From the IMG/VR virus record IMGVR_UViG_3300030202_002100, positions 1-24,749 of that record: a DNA stretch of 24,749 nt; one strand, given 5' to 3'. A model generated the notes under the pieces. The model searched no databases. It had not been told where the DNA came from and saw only the letters and a list, made by a program, of their open reading frames with translations. Source of the DNA: a virus. Lineage: Duplodnaviria > Caudoviricetes. Positions 18,077-24,749 of the stretch are shown piece by piece. The position numbers were made by a program, and so were the translations under genes. Every line of letters starts with the position of its first letter. Within the stretch, counting starts at the first letter, position 1.

Positions 18077-20265
18077 TACTTTAAATTTTTAAATGCAGAT
18101 TTTTTAAATTTGGTTGTTCCAAATCTTTTATTTCTTCCTATATTTTTAAAAGGTCTACTAGATAATTTATACAAATTTTGTGATTTTTGCAAGTTATCCT
18201 TAGACTTATCACTCTCTTTACGTCTAATATAACCTCTATTAGACTGTTGAAGCTTTACAAATGCAATTAATGCAGAAAAAGCTACAAGTCTATCTACATT
18301 CAATCCAGGATAATATTGCATCATTTCTGTTAATAACATTTTATCTGGTATTCTTTCTACACCAAGTGTTGTTTTAATTATATTACCATGCTCATCTGTA
18401 TCTTGACTAATTTCTTCTCTTAAAAATTCTATAGCATAAGATATTAAATGACTTTTAAATAGTGTACCAGTATTCTTCCAACCATATTCTTGATACACTG
18501 TATTGTTAGATCCAAGATCTTTTAGGAATACTATTTGTTGTTTTGGTACTAAATACTTTTGTTTTTTCTTTGCTATCATATGTTGTATAAATAATGATAT
18601 ATTATTTTCAACTATAGTCCAAGCATTATACCATTCTATAATTATTTCTAATTGTTCATGTGTTTTGTTTATATCATCATATCTACCACACCATGATGCA
18701 ACTATTTTATCACCTTCTATAAAAGTTTCTAAACCATCTTTTGTTTCTCTAGTAACTTCAACAGCATTTTTATAAACAAATATAGAACATAATGAATCTG
18801 ATGTAGTTGTCTTACCTTCTGATACAGGGTCAATAGATGCATAATACATTCCAAACTTTGGATCCTTTACTGGCTTTTCCCACATAACTATAGCTCCTGT
18901 TTTGTCTTCTAATTTCTTTTTTACTGGAAATTGTAAAATAGGTAGTTTATTAGTTTTGTTTGCTTTTATTTTATTATTCTCTCTTTCTAAACTTATAAAC
19001 TCATAAGCATATTCTTTATCTTCTATTCTTTTTAATTGTTTAGAAATTATAGCTTGTGGAAATATTGCTGCCTTTCTGTAAGCAAATGCTTCTGCAATAT
19101 TTATTGGTTTTTGTGAAATCCTAAGTTGATATTGTTCTGGGTTTAATTCTTTTTGCCATTGACTTCTTTCATTCTTAATTGCTGCAATTGCTTTTTTAAT
19201 TAAAGAATTACCGTACTTATCAATAAAAGGTGGCATAGACCATTGTTCAGGAATAAATAAACCTGCTTTACCTATCATACCTTTATCATCCATTAAATCA
19301 GTTTCAATAGCAAATATGTCATTTGCTTCTGGAGAAAGTATCATGTTTTTTAATGGATTACATTGATCAAGATCACCCACTGATCCTGCTGCAATGAACA
19401 TACCTGTAGTCATCATACCTGATGTCATAGCAGGTCTAATATATTCATATGTCTGATCCATCTTAGGTGCAATACCAGCTTCCTCATGAAAGAAGTAAGT
19501 ACAAGGTCCACCTACACCAGTTGTTGGATTTTTTTCAAAAGATGCACCTTGTATTTTAGACATAAGTCCTTTATTGGTTTTTCTATTATTTATTCTTACT
19601 TCTATTTTTTGTTCCCATAATAATACTTTTTCAGGAGTACAGGGTCTATACCATGCTGTGTGCTCATTAAGAAAAGTTTTATATTCATCTAAAAATTTCC
19701 AAGATCCTTTATCATTAATATAATCTTTAAGTGATGCTCCTATTTTACATATAGAACCTTCTTCAAACCAAAATTGATTTATTAGTTTTGCCATGTGAAA
19801 GTATGAAGAAGCTATCTGTCTTTTTTTAAGTATTGCTGCATGTTTATAATGTAGTTCAGCTAATAATTCATATAGTGCCATATGATACTGAGCATCTCTT
19901 ACTTTTGCAAAACCATATTTTTTTTCTTCTTTATCAAATATAGGTAAGAAATTTAACCACATATAGTAGTCTCTAGTTATATAAAATATATTTTTTGATC
20001 CATAGTATATAACACCTTCTTGACATTTTTCTTTTTGATCATTCCAATAAGCTATATAATCTTTAGATCTAAAAGGTTTATCACAATAAAATCCTTGATC
20101 ATTAAAAATTTTAGCTTGATCATTAAAAAGATAGGCAGTATCATCAAAATCATACTGCCCTGGTTCTTTAAATAAAGTATATATAAATTCTATAAAACTT
20201 TCTTTAGTTTCAAACTCTTTATACGTCCATGTATTATTTTTATATGTAGGTATTTTTTTATACAT
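18076..20265 (-). CDS. terL: Terminase large subunit
   Basis: 729 aa; Walker A-like AILKKRQIASSY, Walker B YFFHEEAG, motif III IAAGS, RNase H-like YASIDPV...IVENN...NVDRLVA. Confidence 0.92.
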   Translation of the reverse strand: MYKKIPTYKNNTWTYKEFETKESFIEFIYTLFKEPGQYDFDDTAYLFNDQAKIFNDQGFYCDKPFRSKDYIAYWNDQKEKCQEGVIYYGSKNIFYITRDYYMWLNFLPIFDKEEKKYGFAKVRDAQYHMALYELLAELHYKHAAILKKRQIASSYFHMAKLINQFWFEEGSICKIGASLKDYINDKGSWKFLDEYKTFLNEHTAWYRPCTPEKVLLWEQKIEVRINNRKTNKGLMSKIQGASFEKNPTTGVGGPCTYFFHEEAGIAPKMDQTYEYIRPAMTSGMMTTGMFIAAGSVGDLDQCNPLKNMILSPEANDIFAIETDLMDDKGMIGKAGLFIPEQWSMPPFIDKYGNSLIKKAIAAIKNERSQWQKELNPEQYQLRISQKPINIAEAFAYRKAAIFPQAIISKQLKRIEDKEYAYEFISLERENNKIKANKTNKLPILQFPVKKKLEDKTGAIVMWEKPVKDPKFGMYYASIDPVSEGKTTTSDSLCSIFVYKNAVEVTRETKDGLETFIEGDKIVASWCGRYDDINKTHEQLEIIIEWYNAWTIVENNISLFIQHMIAKKKQKYLVPKQQIVFLKDLGSNNTVYQEYGWKNTGTLFKSHLISYAIEFLREEISQDTDEHGNIIKTTLGVERIPDKMLLTEMMQYYPGLNVDRLVAFSALIAFVKLQQSNRGYIRRKESDKSKDNLQKSQNLYKLSSRPFKNIGRNKRFGTTKFKKSAFKNLK

Positions 20266-20557
20266 CCTGTAATTTACATACTATTGCATCTTGATGTAAC
20301 AATATGTGACGCTTTCCTTCATGTATAAATTCTTTATCATCTACTGACATTCCAATAACCCATTGTACAAAATCACCTTCTTTTATTTCTTTTACATCAG
20401 GACCAACAGATATAACTGTTCCTTGAGGTTTTTGTTGAACTTGAGATTCAGGTAATATAATACCTGATACCGTTTCTTCAACAACTTCTACTGGTTTTAA
20501 TAAAATTCTTTTACCAATAGGAATAACTTTATAACTTTTTACGTTTTCTTTTATCAT
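20258..20557 (-). CDS. groES: Co-chaperonin GroES (Cpn10) family protein
   Basis: 99 aa; PIGKRILLK, mobile loop EETVSGIILPES, GTVISVGP, IKEGDFV, ILLHQDAIV follow the Cpn10 consensus. Confidence 0.9.
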   Translation of the reverse strand: MIKENVKSYKVIPIGKRILLKPVEVVEETVSGIILPESQVQQKPQGTVISVGPDVKEIKEGDFVQWVIGMSVDDKEFIHEGKRHILLHQDAIVCKLQDV

Positions 20558-20569
20558 AGTTTTAATTTT

Positions 20570-21088
20570 TTATAATTGATCATATGCTAACCCTTGTCCA
20601 CCGCGGACAGAGCTTTTTTGTTCATCTTTCATATCATTGTATGCTCCTTTAAATGATTGTCTTATTTGATCAAATTTAGCAGCAGTATTAACAAGAGATG
20701 TAAGATTACCATCTCTACCATGTTCAATAGATGTAGTTTCCATGTATCTAGCTAATCTATCTAACATTGTTTTAATTCCTTTATATGCTCTATATGTAGG
20801 TGTTTGATATAATTCTTTACATGTATCTAAACCATGTCTTATTGCACCATCTTCTGGAGAATCTTCTAATCCTACTTCTTCTATAATTAAATCTTCTTTC
20901 TCATGTTCAGGCATATTAAAAAATGGATTTAAATCAGGATCAGGACATGTCATATAAAATATATATTGATATACAGAAAGATACGTATCAGGATATTTAT
21001 CCATAATAGTTTTTAAAGACTTTAATGTATAACAATGTTCTGTAGGAACAACTTTATTGTTTTGTATATCAAATAATTTTATTAACAT
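20570..21088 (-). CDS. Putative terminase small subunit
   Basis: Helical ~172-aa protein (likely start MLIKLFD at 21088) upstream of TerL, ending in SSVRGG, as in crAss-like TerS candidates. The call is mainly positional. Confidence 0.5.
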   Translation of the reverse strand: MLIKLFDIQNNKVVPTEHCYTLKSLKTIMDKYPDTYLSVYQYIFYMTCPDPDLNPFFNMPEHEKEDLIIEEVGLEDSPEDGAIRHGLDTCKELYQTPTYRAYKGIKTMLDRLARYMETTSIEHGRDGNLTSLVNTAAKFDQIRQSFKGAYNDMKDEQKSSVRGGQGLAYDQL

Positions 21089-21912
21089 AAAGGATTGTCT
21101 TTTAACCACATTATAAGACTTTGTATTTCATCTTTTAAATATGGTAATTCATAAATAATAATTTCTTTTACAACAGGTTCTCCATCTATATATTTACTTA
21201 TAGGATATCCATATTTATCTTTCCCTTCTTCTTCAAATACTACATGTTGTATTTTTAATTCACCTATTTTAAGTTTAGGATTGTGTTTTTTTATAATATA
21301 GGCATACAAGCTTAATTGTAAATTATAATGTTTTAAATTGCAATCATCTAAATGATTAACAGGATTATACATTTTAGATGTTATACCTTCCCAATTAGTA
21401 AATCCTTTTTTCTTAATTTCTTTATTAGTTTTATAATCAAGTATATTTATCTTACCATTTACTATACTAACAAGATCTGCTTGTCCACATAAACCTGCAG
21501 ATTTTAAATAAACAAAATGTTCAGGATATACGCCATTAGATAGTTTTTGCTCTGGTGCAATCTTTATACCAGTATTATCTGTTATAGGTTTTATTATTGG
21601 AACCTCAACCCCATCTCTTTCTATTGTAGAAAATTCTAATAATCTTTTTTCTCTCTCATCATGATACCAATTACCAAGCTCTATAGCTCTTTCAGATTCT
21701 TTATTCCAAATTTCTAGTATTTTTTTTGGGGGTATTTTATACCACTTAGATCTTTTATTTTTAGAAGATTTTTTTGCTTGAGACTCTGCATTAAACTTAG
21801 GCTTAAACATGCCTACAAATGATGTAACACTAGTCCATTTAATTTTATCTTTTTCAAGATCTTCATTTAAACTTTCATATACATGTCCGTCTTCTTTAAA
21901 TATTACTGCCAT
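21082..21912 (-). CDS. PD-(D/E)XK nuclease (Cas4/RecB-like exonuclease family)
   Basis: SVTSFV, GNWYH, PEHFV, GLCGQADLV, ILDYKTNK and YNLQLSLYAY (QxxxY) motifs; likely start MAVIF at 21912. Confidence 0.85.
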   Translation of the reverse strand: MAVIFKEDGHVYESLNEDLEKDKIKWTSVTSFVGMFKPKFNAESQAKKSSKNKRSKWYKIPPKKILEIWNKESERAIELGNWYHDEREKRLLEFSTIERDGVEVPIIKPITDNTGIKIAPEQKLSNGVYPEHFVYLKSAGLCGQADLVSIVNGKINILDYKTNKEIKKKGFTNWEGITSKMYNPVNHLDDCNLKHYNLQLSLYAYIIKKHNPKLKIGELKIQHVVFEEEGKDKYGYPISKYIDGEPVVKEIIIYELPYLKDEIQSLIMWLKDNPLC

Positions 21913-22222
21913 CTTTAATTTGTTTTTTAATAGCTTTTTCTCCATCAGCTGTTGTAACTGGATGCCATTTACCTTGGGGACAACTAGATGATAATGCTCT
22001 TAATTTTAAACCTAAACTACAACCACAATCACTACAACATGGTTGAGTTCCTTTTACTGCACAATTTTTACCTGTTTCATCTAAAGCTTTACAAGTAACG
22101 CAATGCATCCATCTTAAATCTGCTATATCTTCTACATCTTTCTTTTTAAATATTTTATTTTTAACACCTTCTAAAATTTGATCTATGTTACCAAAGGCAC
22201 CTAAAATTTTATTTATTCTCAT
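21896..22222 (-). CDS. Cys-rich Zn-finger protein
   Basis: 108 aa; RWMHCVTC...C...CCSDCGCSLGLKLRALSSSCPQGKW. Confidence 0.7.
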   Translation of the reverse strand: MRINKILGAFGNIDQILEGVKNKIFKKKDVEDIADLRWMHCVTCKALDETGKNCAVKGTQPCCSDCGCSLGLKLRALSSSCPQGKWHPVTTADGEKAIKKQIKDGSNI

Positions 22223-22568
22223 TTTTAAATTTCTTTTTAAGATTTATTTTTTCATTTAACATACAAAGGGCATCTTGCATTTGTTTTAATTTATTTTTAA
22301 CAGGAACATATTTATCATAACCTTTATATGTCATTTTTTCTAAATTTCCTATTATGTCTTTGTTTCTCTTAATATTTTTTTCTAGTCTTTTTTTTCTTAA
22401 TTTAAATGTTCCTAAATTAGAAACACTTACATGAGTATCAGATAAATTAGATAAACTTTTTCTAATATTAGCATAGTAAAAACCAATAATATCTTCAACA
22501 ACATCTTTATGCACACCTACCTCATTTGCAACTTCTTCAAAAAAACTTTTATGACTCTTTGGTTTCAA
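22209..22568 (-). CDS. HU/IHF-like DNA-binding protein
   Basis: 119 aa; two N-terminal helices (FFEEVANEVGVHKDVVEDII) then VSVSNLGTFKLRK, matching the HU/IHF V-x-I-x-x-F-G-T-F motif; basic. Confidence 0.75.
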   Translation of the reverse strand: MKPKSHKSFFEEVANEVGVHKDVVEDIIGFYYANIRKSLSNLSDTHVSVSNLGTFKLRKKRLEKNIKRNKDIIGNLEKMTYKGYDKYVPVKNKLKQMQDALCMLNEKINLKKKFKNENK

Positions 22569-22920
22569 TCCCTAAAATTTTATAATCTAATAGTATTAAA
22601 CCATGTGTTTGTATATTCATATTTGGATTTATACTTATTGTTTTTTTATTAGATCCATTCTTTACTATTAACTTTTTTTTCTCAGCTTTTGTTAATGCAT
22701 TCCTGCATGATTGAGAACTTTTAAATATACCATTACTAGATATAAGATCACAAAACTTTGTTAATTCTACATTATTACTTTTTGACAATATTGCTAAACA
22801 TTTTAAATCTGAGTTACTTATCTGTATATTATTTAAAAAGCAATAAGTAAGGATTTGGTATTTAATAACCTCATCCTTACTCATTTTAACTTTCTTGTCT
22901 ACTTTATTTACTAAAGCCAT
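22549..22920 (-). CDS. Putative winged-helix DNA-binding protein
   Basis: 123 aa, basic; ISNSDLKCLAIL...SSQSCRNALTKAEKKKLIVK...ISINP resembles the wHTH recognition helix plus wing. Confidence 0.5.
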   Translation of the reverse strand: MALVNKVDKKVKMSKDEVIKYQILTYCFLNNIQISNSDLKCLAILSKSNNVELTKFCDLISSNGIFKSSQSCRNALTKAEKKKLIVKNGSNKKTISINPNMNIQTHGLILLDYKILGIETKES

Positions 22921-23579
22921 GTAGTTAACATTTTATCACTTTCTAATAAAGTATAGGTAAATCTATTTCCCCATACTTTTCTTGACTTTCTACAAATACT
23001 CATAAACTCTTTCCAATTATCATTAGAAGCAATAACTTGACATCCCGCAGACCATTTATCTACTTGTGTAGATTTTTTACCTGCATATTTAGTAGCTCTA
23101 TGTATATTAATACCAAATAAACCTTCTTGTACAGATTCTTCATAAAGATTATACTGACCATCTCTATTATTATCTCTGTAAACTTTAACAGGTCTATCTT
23201 GTCCTAATGCATCATATCTACCTTGATGTTTTCTTATAATGTGACTACCTCTATATTGACCAGGTTTAAGAATTGCAACACCTGACTTTCTCATTATATT
23301 TTCAACCCAATGAGTTCCAGGATCAGTAGTACAATCATAAGAATGAAATTGCCATACTCCAGGAGTAATTATATTTCCATTCTTATCTTTAACTTCACCA
23401 GTTTTATATGATAATGTAATTTTATCATCAAATTTATTGGTAACATCAGTGCCAGTACTAGAATTTCTGATTCCTATAATGTTAAGGTTATAATTGCCTT
23501 TTTCAAACCATAGATAATCAGTCATTTGTTTTATAGTCTGCTCTATTTGTTCCCTTGTAAAATTAATTGGTTTAGTCAT
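22911..23579 (-). CDS. YkuD/L,D-transpeptidase-like protein, putative peptidoglycan hydrolase (endolysin)
   Basis: 222 aa; GINIHRA...WSAGCQV fits the H-x(14-17)-S-x-G-C catalytic signature; also TTDPG and LKPGQY; no signal peptide visible. Confidence 0.7.
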   Translation of the reverse strand: MTKPINFTREQIEQTIKQMTDYLWFEKGNYNLNIIGIRNSSTGTDVTNKFDDKITLSYKTGEVKDKNGNIITPGVWQFHSYDCTTDPGTHWVENIMRKSGVAILKPGQYRGSHIIRKHQGRYDALGQDRPVKVYRDNNRDGQYNLYEESVQEGLFGINIHRATKYAGKKSTQVDKWSAGCQVIASNDNWKEFMSICRKSRKVWGNRFTYTLLESDKMLTTWL

Positions 23580-23877
23580 TACTTTCTACCTTTTTAAGAG
23601 TTCTTTTTTTTTCAACTGCAGGTTCAACTTTTTCTATTTTAGGTCCAACCATTTGACCTTCTGCTTGAGGAGCAGGAGGTGCTGCTGAAGATTTTGCTAT
23701 AAACATTTGAGCTTGCATTCTTTCTGCTCTAGTTTTTTCAATATCTCTTAACAACTCTTCATACTGAAGTTGAGTTTTTAAATGAGGAATATTATCTTTA
23801 TAGTATTTAGTAATTTCCTGTCTTTTTGCAACAAGTTCTTTTTCTTCTTGTTGCATAGGATTTTCTTTTTTTGCCAT
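23572..23877 (-). CDS. Hypothetical coiled-coil protein
   Basis: 101 aa charged helical ORF with A-rich start context; overlaps the next gene by 8 nt. Confidence 0.6.
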   Translation of the reverse strand: MAKKENPMQQEEKELVAKRQEITKYYKDNIPHLKTQLQYEELLRDIEKTRAERMQAQMFIAKSSAAPPAPQAEGQMVGPKIEKVEPAVEKKRTLKKVESND

Positions 23878-23906
23878 TTTTATAAATTTTAAAATTAATA
23901 ACTAGG

Positions 23907-23914
23907 CAAATATA
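23907..23914 (-). promoter_or_regulatory. Bacteroidota sigma70 -7 element (TAnnTTTG)
   Basis: Minus strand TATATTTG, an exact consensus match, 30 nt upstream of ATG 23877 in an intergenic gap; no clean -33 TTTG is seen. Confidence 0.55.
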
Positions 23915-23954
23915 AATAAAAAAAATTTAAATAAAAGAAGTTTAAAGTATTTTT

Positions 23955-24299
23955 TTAACATTCTAGGTGAGCATTTTTTTCTAATACTTCAGTTTTACAT
24001 ATCCAACTAACCTGGTATGCAGTATTATCTAATGCTATCATAAGATCATATTTATCTGGATATTCAAATGGTTCATCAAATAACTCTATACTATATCCTT
24101 TTCTTATATAGAAGTTTTTAACAATATCAATAGATTCTGTACCATCATGTATTCTAACATGTATATAAACATTAGTTGAATCTGTATTAGTTATTTTACA
24201 AGAATGTACTTTATAAGTATATCCATTATCTTGTTTAGCATGACCTAATAATTGATTGTCTGTAGTACCTGTATGATTTGCTTTTATATTGTATATCAT
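23955..24299 (-). CDS. Hypothetical beta-rich protein
   Basis: 114 aa with alternating beta-strand patterns (KVHSCKITNTDSTNVYIHVRI); starts 1 nt after the upstream stop. Confidence 0.55.
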   Translation of the reverse strand: MIYNIKANHTGTTDNQLLGHAKQDNGYTYKVHSCKITNTDSTNVYIHVRIHDGTESIDIVKNFYIRKGYSIELFDEPFEYPDKYDLMIALDNTAYQVSWICKTEVLEKNAHLEC

Positions 24300-24300
24300 A

Positions 24301-24711
24301 TTATGTTAATGTTAATGTTATTGCTTTACTTACCCCACCGTTTGTAACTGTCATTACTATACTGTATGATGCTGGTGTTTTTCCCTTAGCTGGAACTGTT
24401 ATCATGTCACCAAACGCTATTGTTGTACTACTACCTATTGTTACTATATTAGTATCACCAGCCAATGCTGTAGTACTACTTGTACCTAAACCTGGAAACG
24501 TAACCTTATCTTTGTTAGATGATATTTCTGTTCTAAGAGTATCTAACTCATCTTGTAAATCTTTTAGTTCTTTTAAAACAGATGTTAAATGAGGATCATC
24601 TTCTGGGTTATCTATCATATGTGATAATAAACCTTCTGAATGAACAGATTCTATATTTGTTTTTTTACTTGATGCGTATAATTCTGTATATTTTTTATCT
24701 GCTAGTGCCAT
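24301..24711 (-). CDS. Hypothetical protein, possible small fibre/structural protein
   Basis: 136 aa; short coiled coil (LKELKDLQDELDTLRTEI), then GLGTSSTTALAGDT and a beta-rich C-term. Confidence 0.5.
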   Translation of the reverse strand: MALADKKYTELYASSKKTNIESVHSEGLLSHMIDNPEDDPHLTSVLKELKDLQDELDTLRTEISSNKDKVTFPGLGTSSTTALAGDTNIVTIGSSTTIAFGDMITVPAKGKTPASYSIVMTVTNGGVSKAITLTLT

Positions 24712-24722
24712 AATTAATTATT

Positions 24723-24749
24723 TTAAGTCATTTCTATTTCTCCTATTAA
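24723..24749 (-). CDS. 3' end of an upstream ORF (partial)
   Basis: Minus strand reads ...LIGEIEMT* with TAA 11 nt before ATG 24711; only 9 codons are visible. Confidence 0.3.
   Translation of the reverse strand, partial: LIGEIEMT

Noticed and set aside
21082-21912. Cas4/CRISPR system
   Set aside because: The nuclease lacks the four-Cys Fe-S pattern, and no repeat-spacer array or other cas genes are seen.
382-24592. Plus-strand ORFs in the track (e.g. 382-582, 14649-15110, 24278-24592) and nested minus ORFs 4829-5077 and 13137-13457
   Set aside because: They are antisense or alternate-frame shadows of convincing genes, with low-complexity F/S/I-rich translations that mirror E/K or collagen codons.
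1-24749. Stop-codon recoding (TAG/TGA), known in some crAss-like phages
   Set aside because: All long genes are uninterrupted in code 11 with dense packing. Only two genes end in TAG (705, 22911); one is followed by a terminator and the other by an immediate TAA.

Overview
AT-rich segment of a crAss-like (Crassvirales-type) podophage, most plausibly infecting Bacteroidota/Flavobacteriia. All credible genes are on the minus strand in the standard genetic code. In transcription order (right to left): two small hypothetical proteins, a coiled-coil protein, a YkuD/L,D-transpeptidase-like putative lysis enzyme, a putative wHTH protein, an HU/IHF-like protein, a Cys-rich Zn-finger, a PD-(D/E)XK nuclease, putative TerS, a GroES co-chaperonin, TerL, an uncalled 33-aa ORF, portal, acidic scaffold-like protein, major capsid protein, a conserved 366-aa protein, a ring/adaptor-like protein, an auxiliary capsid-like protein, four Cys-rich virion-type proteins (one of 1345 aa with collagen, FN3-like and vWA-like parts) and a truncated metallophosphoesterase. 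The most striking observation is that two different structural proteins each appear to carry a 320-375 aa basic-residue-poor domain between mirror-image T/E/V/I-rich segments, suggesting passenger domains displayed on long beta-ribbon stalks. A repeated intergenic motif (TTTGTATATTAT-like) looks like a phage late promoter, and three intrinsic terminators are visible. Family calls rest on motifs, size and synteny recalled from known crAss-like phages; no database search was run.
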